From contig NC_068982.1 of the NCBI RefSeq assembly GCF_001194135.2, positions 43,332,430-43,370,609 of the forward strand: DNA of 38,180 bases, written 5' to 3'. This DNA is from Octopus bimaculoides. Taxonomy: Eukaryota. The position numbers were made by a program, and so were the translations under genes. This document shows, piece after piece, positions 11,741 to 22,571 of this stretch (the first letter of the stretch is position 1; every line of letters starts with the position of its first letter). Under the pieces are notes generated by a model. The model saw only the letters and a list, made by a program, of their open reading frames with translations, was not told where the DNA came from and made no database searches.

Positions 11741-12082
11741 TATATATGTATGTATGTATGTACGTACGGACGGATGGACGGACGGACGGACGGACGGACA
11801 GACGGACGGATGGATGGATGGATGGATGGATGGATGGACGTGTGTGTATGTATGCCTGCATGTATGTATGTATGTATATTTATTATTGAGTGAGAGCAGT
11901 GCATGCCATCAAAGTGACACTGAGATAAAATATACAAAGCTCAGTATACCCATCATGACTACCCGTCTGATTAGGGTACACCAGGCACGTATGTATGTAC
12001 GTATGTATGTATGTATGTATGTATGTATGTATGTATGTGTGTGTGTATGTATGAACGTACGTATGCACGTATGTACGTACGT
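11741..12082 (+). repeat. Compound microsatellites (TATG)n(GACG)n(GATG)n and (TATG)n
   Basis: Direct reading; two blocks, 11741-11878 and 11990-12082. Confidence 0.9.
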
Positions 12083-12609
12083 AGGTATATATTTCTATAC
12101 ATGACTGTAGACATGCATAAATGCATACATGAACATGAGTATAAATTGATAGATACATATATGAACACAAACGTACGTATAAATGAAGCTACGTACGTAT
12201 ACATCCTACACAAGTCTCCTCTTTCAAGCCAGTAGCGTGTTTTGGAGAGAATTTTATTGCCTTTTCAAGTTGGTCAAACGACTACGCAGAGACTCCTTCG
12301 GCGTATGTCTGAAGTTGGTGTTAGAAGTAGAATACAAAACACAAGACGGAAACTAAAGGTATTTGTCGGCAAAAATCAGTAAAGTTTCATTAAAAGGAAC
12401 AGGTTTGTATGCTCTGAGTGAAGAGACGTGAAAATGTATATTGAAAACAATAAGACAGAATACTATATAGATAAGGAGAAGATCAAGCAATGATTATGGT
12501 GGTAGAAGCTAACAAGAGTAAGGAAGAGAAAGAAATGAAACCTGAAAGAGGTGAACATAATAGATTAAAATAATCAAAAGGAAAATAAGTTATAGAATTA
12601 TTTATAGGG

Positions 12610-12780
12610 CATAGGTGTATAGTTATGTTCGTTTTGCTCCGAGGTGAAGGTTATTAAGTTGGTATACCAGCTTTTGATACAAGAGATAGAAGTGCATTGA
12701 GGATAATTCTGGAAAAGTTTTGGTGTCTACCTAACTTTATTGATATGTTTGTATAACTATACCCTGGTGTGAAGGCTTAC
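12610..12780 (+). mobile_element. RTE-type LINE RT fragment (decayed)
   Basis: 12670-12777 translates AFDTRDRSALRIILEKFWCLPNFIDMFV*LYPGVKA, resembling RTE RT KAFDTVNREALWKIL.KFGCP.KFI.MVRLLHDGM.A. Confidence 0.5.
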
Positions 12781-14099
12781 TAGAAATCTTTTTCACCCGA
12801 CACACAAGCGCTAGAAAAGCAGACTGTCTCAGTATTGAGACTCACCTCCTCAAATGTCATATTCGATGAGTTAGTCATGTCAACTGTATTGATAATCTCT
12901 GACGTTCGGATCAACTAATTTATGATAAATTAGTTCTCGGTAAGCGTTCCCAAAAAAAGATGAAGGGAGATTTCATGATATCAAAAACAACAACCATAAC
13001 TCCTTGAACCGTCACCTTGTACTGAATAGGAGCGAATGGGGTCTTTTATCAAGAAGAAGAGCCTGAAGTTTGAAAAATTTTGAATTGCCCCTCAACTAAG
13101 GAAACCTAAGCCCTACAAGCTGCAAGTGGTCTCCAGTATGCTCTCACTCGAAATGCAAGAAATAGTACTCGAATCTTTTCCCGAAAAATAGCTTAAAGAA
13201 CATAATGGATGATATTCTTCGTTATATGCAAAAAGACAGGATAGTCACAGTTAGACTGGTATTGATTACAAGCTTGTTCAGCGAGGACTGACCTGATATA
13301 AAGCAACAATGTCAGCCATTTATGGCTTAGCATGCAATATCCGCAGTGGTGCAGCCCGTGAGAACGTTTTCATGGACATATTCTTGACATGTAGAACAAC
13401 TTTTAGAGAGTCTCTAGATCTGTGGTCTGATATTGTAATTCATCATATCACTTCATTAACCACAACTACATTCATGGTGTTGTTACACTCCACGGTATAT
13501 TTCATACGCCACGGTTCGCCTAACGCACCACGGGTCATCTCAAACCGCAGATAGTTGAGGTTGGAAAAAGGCTGGTTCAATCCTCAACTATAAATCACAA
13601 TCCAATAACTATTACCTTTTTGCATGCCACTGAATTCATCTGGGTTCCTGCTTCTGATTATCGGCTACATATGGTAGCTGGTGTACAAGAGATCATGGCA
13701 CATTAAACTCGTCACGAGACATTTACCAAGGTATACAAAACTAGTTGAATATCTTATTCGACCTACAAGGTTATCATTATGGCTATTATATCTCACAATT
13801 GAAACTTAACTGTACAAACCACTAGTTCTCCGGGTTTAAACTGTTTCACTTTCAAAGTCTTTGTTGAACTGAGTTCGAAGGTACACTTTCGGAAAGAAAA
13901 GCTTTCATTTTATCGTTTTATCTCAGCCATTTACACCGTACTTCAGTCTTACACATCAAGTTATCTTACCGGAGCTTTTATAACATCATTGAACACTTTG
14001 TCCGGAAACGGATATACCACCCGTATTTTGTTTTGTTTTGTTTTGTTTATTTTAATAGATAAGTCGTGGGATGGTTACTAGTAGTTGGGTAGTTACGTT

Positions 14100-14340
14100 G
14101 ATAGATACATAGATAGATAGATAGATGACGGATGGATGGATGGATAGACGGATGGATGGATGATTAGAGAGACGAAGGAGGCATGCAGGCTGACATATAT
14201 ATGTGTGTTTATATATAAACACACACACACACACACATACACATGCATACATGCATACATATACAAATATATATATATATATATATATATACCTATATAT
14301 ATGCACTCACATATATATATACATATATGCATACATGTAC

Positions 14341-14380
<40 letters not shown>

Positions 14381-14437
14381 ATGTATATATATATACTTAT
14401 ATAGATATCTATGTACATATATACATGCACTCAGAAT

Positions 14438-14492
<55 letters not shown>

Positions 14493-14695
14493 TAGATTAG
14501 ATTAGATTAGATTAGATTAGATTAGTTAGATCGGTAAACCATAGGCAGAGAAGGGACGAACGGCGATAGAAAAGTAATATATACAGGTAGGTTGTTAGGT
14601 TGGTAGGTATGATAATGGGTAGAACGGTTGGAAGGAAAGAAGGTAGCTTTGTAGGTAGGTAGGTAGGTAGGTAGGTAGGTAGGTAGGTAGGTATA
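14100..14695 (+). repeat. Microsatellite cluster (GATA, GATG, CA, TA, GATTA, GGTA)
   Basis: Direct reading. Confidence 0.92.
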
Positions 14696-15329
14696 GATAA
14701 AGAGGAATGGCGATGAATAGATGCATATCTTGCTTAAGCAAATAACTATTTAACGAGACAGGAAAAAAGTAAAACGAAAAAGCGATTGAAAGAAGCAACA
14801 ACACCAAAATCATAAATAAAGAAATGAAATAACGTAGCAAAGACGACGACAACTACGAGAACAACAATAATAGGAAAAAATACGAAGGGACGAGGGGGTT
14901 GGGAAGGAATATTTGAGTTTCCTAATTTAAAAGAGATGAAAAGACTTTGCGGAAAGCTTTTGTTTCAGTAACAGCCGGAAAAATAAAAAAGAAGAAAAAT
15001 GTTTATAAAGGAAAGCTAAGGTAAAAAAAGTATTGTGAATGAAACGGATGTTCAGGACTTACACACCAGTGGCTTATTCAATAGGGGCCACTGGGATAAA
15101 TAAATAAATAAATAAATAAATAAAGTCCCATCTTTCACACTCTCTCTTATTCTTTCTCTTTCCCTTTGTCTGCCTGTCTGTCTGTCGCTATCTCTGTCTC
15201 TGTCTCTCTCTCTCCCTCTCACACACACTCTCTCTCCCTTATCTGTGTATTTCTCTCCACGCCTCCATGCTGGAGAAGAAAAGATGGATTAGCAAAAGGG
15301 AAGTGAACACGCATACAGAGCTGGAATAA

Positions 15330-15623
15330 ACGCGTGTGTGTGTGCGTGCGTGCGTGCGTGCGTGTGTGTATGTGTGCGCGCGCGTATGTGTGTGTGCTTG
15401 TGTGTGTGTGTGTGAATGTGTGCGTGTGTGTGTGCTTGCGTGAGTACCCGCGCATGTATATGCGGTGCGTGCGTTAGGAGATAAAAACAGAAAGTTATTC
15501 AAATCTGTATGTGTACATATAAATAAAATAAATAAACATATATATATATGTGTGTGTTTGTGTGTGTGTGCTTGTGTGTGAGTGTGTGTGTATGTATGTA
15601 TGTATGTAAGTATATATGTTTGA

Positions 15624-15674
<51 letters not shown>

Positions 15675-15708
15675 CGCACATACAATTATATATATATATA
15701 TATATATA
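15330..15708 (+). repeat. Microsatellite cluster (TG/GCGT, TATG, GATA, TA)
   Basis: Direct reading. Confidence 0.9.
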
Positions 15709-16329
15709 ACAGTAATGTATCTACGATTGAACCTTCAGAAAAACCCACACAGACACATACATATCCATAATATGCATGAATAATTAAATACGCACTTATA
15801 CACACAAATATAGCTACAAATTCCCAGCCGCCGCAGGTCTACATATCGGGGCACTATTTAAACAGTCTATCATAATACGACGCTAGGCGAGCAAATAAAC
15901 GTCACCTTTCGGGCCATAAGAATAATGCCGCTTCCGGTAGACGCTTTCTTTCTTTAATATTTTTTACTATATCCTACTTACTTTAATACATATTATGTAC
16001 TGTCTGAACAGACATTGGGCGTTGTCTTCTCAACGAAATAACGAGATAGGCTTAAGGTGTAGAAGTGGTACAATCAGTGAGGTAATGACAAAATAAGCTA
16101 AGATGAAGCCATTGGAAAGGACCGACCTACTTACCTACCGACCAATAGACCAGCGGGAAGAAAGATCGATATCAAAGGCAGAATATGTACACTATGATAT
16201 GTTGAGTTTGAAAATTATACGGTAAAATAAATATTAAGTGTTTGAATGCAGTTTAGAGTGTTTGCAAACAATATAGGAGCTGTGAAATAGAAACACTGCG
16301 AAAGTGTATCTGTCCCACACACACTAAAT

Positions 16330-16435
16330 AGTGGTAGTGGATGGTTGTAGTGGTGGTAGTTTTAGTGGTGGCGGTGGTGGTAATGGTGGTGATGGTGGTG
16401 GTGGTGGTGGTTTTGGTAGTGGTAGTGGTGGTGGA
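16330..16435 (+). repeat. Degenerate (GGT)n trinucleotide repeat
   Basis: Direct reading. Confidence 0.85.
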
Positions 16436-17033
16436 TCTCCGTCATTTGACGAAGAGGATTCAGTTGTTTGATCGACTGAATTAACATGTAAGTGAAGTCA
16501 CCCTGTGAACGCGGGAAGGTATATCGGCTCAAATTTTTATTACCGTTAATGCGGAAAGCGATTTAACCGCCCACCAATTGACAATGCGTGAAAGTCTCTA
16601 ACTGGTTAATATGAAAAAATAATAAATTAGAGATGGTTAGTGATGATAACGTTCGGATTTTTGTGATATGATCGCTATTGAGTTTGTCTTTCTGTTTGTT
16701 GTGACGGTTTTTTTTTTTTTCAATAAGTTAAATATTTTATGGAATTAATGGTAAACTTATTGGGTCATTTCTGAAAACTTTATCTAAAAAAACCTGAAAG
16801 CGTAACCTGTGCTGTGTCTGTATCAAAAGATAGTCGCTCATCTGCTGATCATTGAAAGGTGAAGGAAATTGGAATACAATGATTACTTAATACACTTTTA
16901 TATATATACTTTATTTACTTTATGCACAATTTTGTAGGCTTATTACACAGCACTTGCCCTATTTCTCTTTCACTCTTCGCCTTACCCTCTTTTTTTTTTT
17001 TCTTTTTCTTTCGCTCTTCGCTTTTCCTTTCAG

Positions 17034-17174
17034 ATAATTACGTGAAATGGTTACAGACGGGCGAAGTAACGGAGAAAAAAATTACACATTTCACCCACCA
17101 TCACCTTTCCCTCCCTGGACGTAAACGCCAAAAGCATGTCAGAACCAGCATGTATTCACATTTTTAAAAATAAA
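17034..17174 (+). other. Candidate terminal exon
   Basis: Branch-like CTTAC 16981-16985, ~45-nt pyrimidine tract, CAG 17031-17033. Only one frame is open (DNYVKWLQTGEV...MYSHF*, stop at 17165-17167), with AATAAA right after. Confidence 0.35.
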
Positions 17175-17680
17175 GAATATTGGTGGAACACACAAGTAAA
17201 AACAGTAATTCGGTGCAATTGGGACAGAGAATAANNNNNNNNNNNNNNNNNNNNNNNNNNNNNNNNNNNNNNNNNNNNNNNNNNNNNNNNNNNNNNNNNN
17301 NNNNNNNNNNNNNNNNNNNNNNNNNNNNNNNNNNNNNNNNNNNNNNNNNNNNNNNNNNNNNNNNNNNNNNNNNNNNNNNNNNNNNNNNNNNNNNNNNNNN
17401 NNNNNNNNNNNNNNNNNNNNNNNNNNNNNNNNNNNNNNNNNNNNNNNNNNNNNNNNNNNNNNNNNNNNNNNNNNNNNNNNNNNNNNNNNNNNNNNNNNNN
17501 NNNNNNNNNNNNNNNNNNNNNNNNNNNNNNNNNNNNNNNNNNNNNNNNNNNNNNNNNNNNNNNNNNNNNNNNNNNNNNNNNNNNNNNNNNNNNNNNNNNN
17601 NNNNNNNNNNNNNNNNNNNNNNNNNNNNNNNNNNNNNNNNNNNNNNNNNNNNNNNNNNNNNNNNNNNNNNNNNNNNNNNN

Positions 17681-17772
17681 CTCGGCGGCATTTGAACTCA
17701 GAACGTACGGACAGACGAAATGCCACTAAGCATTTTTCCCAGCGTGCTAAAGATTCTGTCAGCTTGCCGCTT
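17681..17772 (-). mobile_element. SINE family B, head portion (gap-truncated)
   Basis: CTCGGCGGCATTTGAACTCAGAACG...CAGCTTGCCGC matches the family B head. Confidence 0.85.
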
Positions 17773-17788
17773 TGATCATTCGAAATAT

Positions 17789-18002
17789 TGGTTTCAATTT
17801 TGGCGCAAGGCCAGCAATTTCGTGGGAGAGACTAAGACAATTAAATGGACCCCAATACTCAACTGGTATTTATTTTATCGATCCTTGAAAGGGTGAAAGG
17901 TAAAGTCAACCCCGGCGGAATTTGAACCCAGAACGTAAAGACGGACGAAATGCCGCTAAGCATTTTGCCCGGCCTGCTAACGACTCTGCCAGTTCACTGC
18001 TT
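17789..18002 (-). mobile_element. SINE family B, full length
   Basis: GGTTTCAATTTTGGCGCAAGGCCAGC tail through head; flanked by near-identical 20-mers (17771-17790 and 18001-18020). Confidence 0.88.
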
Positions 18003-18852
18003 TGATTATTTGAAATATTGAGAACAATGCCATACCTTATCTTAGACAGTTACAAGACGCTGATAACAATTTCAATATCCCAATCGGCAACACTAAGGAA
18101 ATTAAAACAGAAACACTGCCGTGAATGGAAGAGGCTAATGAAAACATCACTGAAGGAAGAACTGTAAACCATGGAGAGTTAGATTATACCAAAAACGAAC
18201 TACGCTTCATATAATTTCTTAATCCTAAAATATGAAATTGTGAAAATAATAAACTATGAATAATATCTATATGAGAATCAGAACACCCTGATATCATAAT
18301 CTATGTCAACTTTAGTCCCTACTAACGAAACATAACTGGATAGACAATACAGTTAACCTCGTCATTCCAGCCATTCACTAAAGCTTTATAAAATTTACTC
18401 GACGTACAAGGCCTCTTTCCTCTTCCCGCTCTCCTTACATTCCCAGTAATACATGTAGAAGTTGAACAATCTTTCAAAAGAATGTATACTTTGTCAACAA
18501 AGTAAATATCAGGAGAGTTGTCAATATATAGCAACAAATATACACAAACAAACTGTTTGCATTCTCCCATTCTTCTCTTTTTCTTTTTTGAAAAAGAAAC
18601 ATATTTACATTAAAAAAATATTATTGTTATTGTTGTCAGTGTTGTTTTTGTTGTGTATGAAGTTGTAAGAATGGTGGTGGAATCTGAGGGATGCAGGAAT
18701 AACCAAATAGTTTCGAAGCTTGCCTTGCAGTCAGGATGCCCGACGTACAGTCCCACTACGCACTGTTTTCAGTCTAAGTTGACTTTTGCCGACAACAACG
18801 TTACCGCTCGCCAACTACTAACCCTTTATAGCAACAGCCCCCCCCCCTCCCG

Positions 18853-18910
18853 CCAATCTTTTTTGCACCACGGACCTGTTTCATGAAAGACAACTTTTCC
18901 ACGGACCGGG
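18853..18910 (+). mobile_element. hAT-Charlie (MER1-like) terminal fragment
   Basis: CCAATCTTTTTTGCACCACGGACCTGTTTCATGAAAGACAACTTTTCCACGGACCGGGG closely resembles the recalled MER1/Charlie3 subterminal sequence CCAACCTTTTTGGCACCAGGGACCGGTTTCGTGGAAGACAATTTTTCCACGGAC. From memory, not searched. Confidence 0.55.
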
Positions 18911-19572
18911 GAATCACGTGCATTACAAAAAATAATAAAGTGCATAATATATAATTTAATTATTACATATATAATACACACACACACACATATACACATA
19001 AAATGGGCAAATTTCCTGCGGACTGTGATNNNNNNNNNNNNNNNNNNNNNNNNNNNNNNNNNNNNNNNNNNNNNNNNNNNNNNNNNNNNNNNNNNNNNNN
19101 NNNNNNNNNNNNNNNNNNNNNNNNNNNNNNNNNNNNNNNNNNNNNNNNNNNNNNNNNNNNNNNNNNNNNNNNNNNNNNNNNNNNNNNNNNNNNNNNNNNN
19201 NNNNNNNNNNNNNNNNNNNNNNNNNNNNNNNNNNNNNNNNNNNNNNNNNNNNNNNNNNNNNNNNNNNNNNNNNNNNNNNNNNNNNNNNNNNNNNNNNNNN
19301 NNNNNNNNNNNNNNNNNNNNNNNNNNNNNNNNNNNNNNNNNNNNNNNNNNNNNNNNNNNNNNNNNNNNNNNNNNNNNNNNNNNNNNACGACTTTTCTTTT
19401 CATTATAAGCATAACTAAAATTTAGTTATAAGCAGCTCATTCTATTAGTATGTTAGTCTGCACTTATCTCTTAGCTCTAATTTATCCTACCACTAACACT
19501 AAACATTAACCTGCAACTGGTACAATGTTTTATTCGCTGCATCAACTTTAAAACAATCATCTCAATTCTTTT

Positions 19573-19695
19573 GACTTCGCCTTTCATCCTTTCTGGGGCG
19601 ATAAATTAAATGCCAGTTGCGTACTGGGATCGAACTAATCGACTGGCCCCCTCCCTCCAAAATTTCGGGCCTTGTGCCTAGAGTAGAAAAGCATT
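19573..19695 (+). mobile_element. SINE family B-related, core and tail only
   Basis: GCCTTTCATCCTTTCTGGGGCGATAAATTAAATGCCAG...GGCCTTGTGCC. Confidence 0.75.
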
Positions 19696-19788
19696 CTCCA
19701 CTCTTGTGGGCTATGATAAATCGGACGTTGGTCTGGTCTTCTACCTTGAGTAACTAAATAAATAAAAATGATATACATAATGACAATA

Positions 19789-19819
19789 GGCCAAGGCGTG
19801 GCTGTGTGGTAAGAAGCTT
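19789..19819 (+). mobile_element. SINE family C, 5' head piece (interrupted; remainder at 21934-22466)
   Basis: GGCCAAGGCGTGGCTGTGTGGTAAGAAGCTT continues seamlessly into (AAGAAGCTT)GCTTCCCAACCACATGG at 21934. Confidence 0.85.
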
Positions 19820-21933
19820 TCTCCCGCATCCGGTTGTGTCAGTGTTCTTACACTGCAGAAGTCGCCACGATGGTGCACAGCTGGCGAAATATTGATTGAA
19901 AAAGCTCAGCTGTAAGGTAAGACTTTTGTTTATTGGGTCCAGTGGGGGGTTGTTGTTTGCTGTATTATTTTTTGTACAAACAAGAAATCCTCACTGGATT
20001 CTGGACTCTGGTCTGCCTACAGTTAGGCAAAATTGTTCACTTTTAAGCTAAATATTTTGGTGGGCGGATCCTCTGCCGCCATAAANNNNNNNNNNNNNNN
20101 NNNNNNNNNNNNNNNNNNNNNNNNNNNNNNNNNNNNNNNNNNNNNNNNNNNNNNNNNNNNNNNNNNNNNNNNNNNNNNNNNNNNNNNNNNNNNNNNNNNN
20201 NNNNNNNNNNNNNNNNNNNNNNNNNNNNNNNNNNNNNNNNNNNNNNNNNNNNNNNNNNNNNNNNNNNNNNNNNNNNNNNNNNNNNNNNNNNNNNNNNNNN
20301 NNNNNNNNNNNNNNNNNNNNNNNNNNNNNNNNNNNNNNNNNNNNNNNNNNNNNNNNNNNNNNNNNNNNNNNNNNNNNNNNNNNNNNNNNNNNNNNNNNNN
20401 NNNNNNNNNNNNNNNNNNNNNNNNNNNNNNNNNNNNNNNNNNNNNNNNNNNNNNNNNNNNNNNNNNNNNNNNNNNNNNNNNNNNNNNNNNNNNNNNNNNN
20501 NNNNNNNNNNNNNNNNNNNNNNNNNNNNNNNNNNNNNNNNNNNNNNNNNNNNNNNNNNNNNNNNNNNNNNNNNNNNNNNNNNNNNNNNNNNNNNNNNNNN
20601 NNNNNNNNNNNNNNNNNNNNNNNNNNNNNNNNNNNNNNNNNNNNNNNNNNNNNNNNNNNNNNNNNNNNNNNNNNNNNNNNNNNCGGTGGTGTTGAGAACA
20701 TATTCGAAGGTTCTCGACGCCATCGCCGTGTTCTCCAAAGAAGTAATAGAAGAAGAGTTGAAGGACTATCTACCAACTGTGAAGTTTATTGCCCGGAGTG
20801 TCTTATATGCAACGATTTGGTTGCTATTTGACACCACGGTGGAGGCTCGCATTTTTGCGAGCCAGCCCCTGGAGGGCAATAAAATTTTGTTTCTTCCCAC
20901 GTACTGTAGGAAGAAACTGACGCGGGCTTGGGTTTGCGGATTGCCACCGAATTTAAAACCAGGCTGGATAGAGGACACTATCCGCCGGGGTGTGGGTGGC
21001 AGCGGCACCAATTTCCTTAATGTTAAATTGTTATAGTGGCTGATTGGGTCGGGTCAAAAGTTATTTTGACCCTGCAGACCCAATCAGTAATTGATTTAGT
21101 CTTTCCAGACTTTTTAACTATGGCTGGGTGCAGATACCCGGTGATTCTTGAGGGTCCCTCCCCCAAGTGTCACCGGTGTCTGGAACTTGGCCATATAAAA
21201 AAGAACTGCTCCCAGGACCAAAGCAAGGTCCTGGAGCAGTTGGTTCAGACCTCTGTAGAAGAGGGAACCGAGGCGGTCGAGGAGGAGGAGGACTCCTCAA
21301 AGAAGGGCCGCAAGAGGAAAAGGGTGAGCAACAATGGGTACTCACCGAAGGATCCTAGGGATGAGAGAGGGGAGGGGGATCTTCCGGTCACGGAGGAAGT
21401 GTTGGAGAAGCACCAAGAGGGAGCAATTCTGGCCTGCTCACGGGATCCCGAATGGCCTCTGCAGATAGCTGTGGAGGTCATATCGTTTCCCGTGTTGCAA
21501 AGGCTGAAGAAGCTCAATGAGGAATATCGCTTGTGACCGGGCGGCCTCGACACGTCACTCGCTTTGTGCTTGAGTGAGGTGTGGGAAATGGCAGGGTACG
21601 GGGTCACAAGCGATACTGAATTTGAAGAGGACTGTGGGTAAGAGGTTGGAAAGCCTCGATGTTGAGAACTGATAAGAGGTTTGAAACCTCATTCTGTTTT
21701 TAACCAAGGTACGAGACGTAGTGCCTCATTTTTGTGTTTTAATGAACAATTATGAACAACTGTAAGAGGTTTATTGCCTCATGTATGATAAATAAGAGAA
21801 CAATGTTTTCGGGAAACGAACAATTGGCGGGCGTTGTCTGTTTCCCCCATTAATCATCATTTTCACTTTTCATCTCATATGACATTATGTCTGAGTCCAG
21901 TCCGCAGCTTCTTTTTTTCTCTATGTAAAAATA
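19820..21933 (+). mobile_element. ORF1-only (non-autonomous) Tx1/L1-like retroelement inserted in a SINE head, 9-bp TSD
   Basis: AAGAAGCTT at 19811-19819 and 21934-21942. A-rich 3' end (TGTAAAAATA). No TIRs or LTRs. Contains an ORF1-like CDS; no RT or endonuclease between the ORF end and the TSD. Internal N-gap 20086-20683. Confidence 0.75.
20686..21641 (+). pseudogene. ORF1/gag-like nucleic-acid-binding protein (RRM-like + CCHC zinc knuckle + acidic/basic tail), disrupted
   Basis: RAWVCGLPPNLKPGWIEDTI resembles the Tx1/L1 ORF1 V.NVPP.I.E.I motif; YPVILEGPSPKCHRCLELGHIKKNC is CX2CX4HX4C; KKGRKRKR is NLS-like. One -1 frameshift at ~21036. In-frame TGA at 21534 is followed by 34 more sense codons to TAA 21639-21641. 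N-terminus lies in the gap. Confidence 0.75.
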
Positions 21934-22098
21934 AAGAAGCTTGCTTCCCAACCACATGGTCCCGGGTTCAGTCCCACTGCGTGGTACCTTGGGGAAGTGC
22001 CTTCTATTATAGCCTCGGGTGGACCACAGCCTTGTGAGTGGATTTGGTAGACGGAAACTGAAAGAAGCCCGTCGTATATATATGTGTGTGTGAGTGTG

Positions 22099-22133
<35 letters not shown>

Positions 22134-22466
22134 CTGTGTGTGTTTGTNNNNNNNNNNNNNNNNNNNNNNNNNNNNNNNNNNNNNNNNNNNNNNNNNNNNN
22201 NNNNNNNNNNNNNNNNNNNNNNNNNNNNNNNNNNNNNNNNNNNNNNNNNNNNNNNNNNNNNNNNNNNNNNNNNNNNNNNNNNNNNNNNNNNNNNNNNNNN
22301 NNNNNNNNNNNNNNNNNGCAAAAGAAACCGATAGAATAAGTACCACTTCTTAAAAAGGAAAAAATGAAAAAAAGTACTGGGGTCGATTCATTCGACTAAA
22401 AATTCAAGGCGGTGCCCAAGCATGGCCGCAGTCAAGTGACTGAAATAAGTAAAAGGTAAAAGATAA
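21934..22466 (+). mobile_element. SINE family C, remainder of the interrupted copy
   Basis: GCTTCCCAACCACATGGTCCCGGGTTCAGTCCC B-box, CORE-like CCTTGGGGAAGTGCCTT, internal (TG)n with gap, GACTGAAATAAGTAAAAG tail. Confidence 0.9.
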
Positions 22467-22527
22467 AGACATATATATAAGTACATGCAAGCATATGTAC
22501 TTACACACACGCACACACGCTCGCACG

Positions 22528-22571
<44 letters not shown>

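Noticed and set aside
13280-13560. Minus-strand CSTCQEYVHENVLTGC as a decayed RLE-LINE zinc knuckle
   Set aside because: His spacing is imperfect and no adjacent RT/RLE motifs could be recovered; too weak to call.
15820-15950. CpG-richer patch with TATTTAAA and CTTCCGG as a promoter
   Set aside because: Short common motifs, with no linked exon or TSS evidence from sequence alone.
18322-18570. Minus-strand 82-aa ORF as an exon
   Set aside because: No convincing donor site and no recognisable domain.
21020-21045. Programmed -1 frameshift joining the two ORF1 halves
   Set aside because: No X XXY YYZ slippery heptamer at the junction; a mutational indel is more parsimonious given the additional in-frame TGA.
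19820-21933. DNA transposon (Mutator-like, 9-bp TSD) or LTR element interpretation of the insert
   Set aside because: No terminal inverted repeats, no direct LTRs or TG...CA ends, and no transposase motifs; the A-rich 3' end and ORF1-like protein fit a non-LTR origin better.
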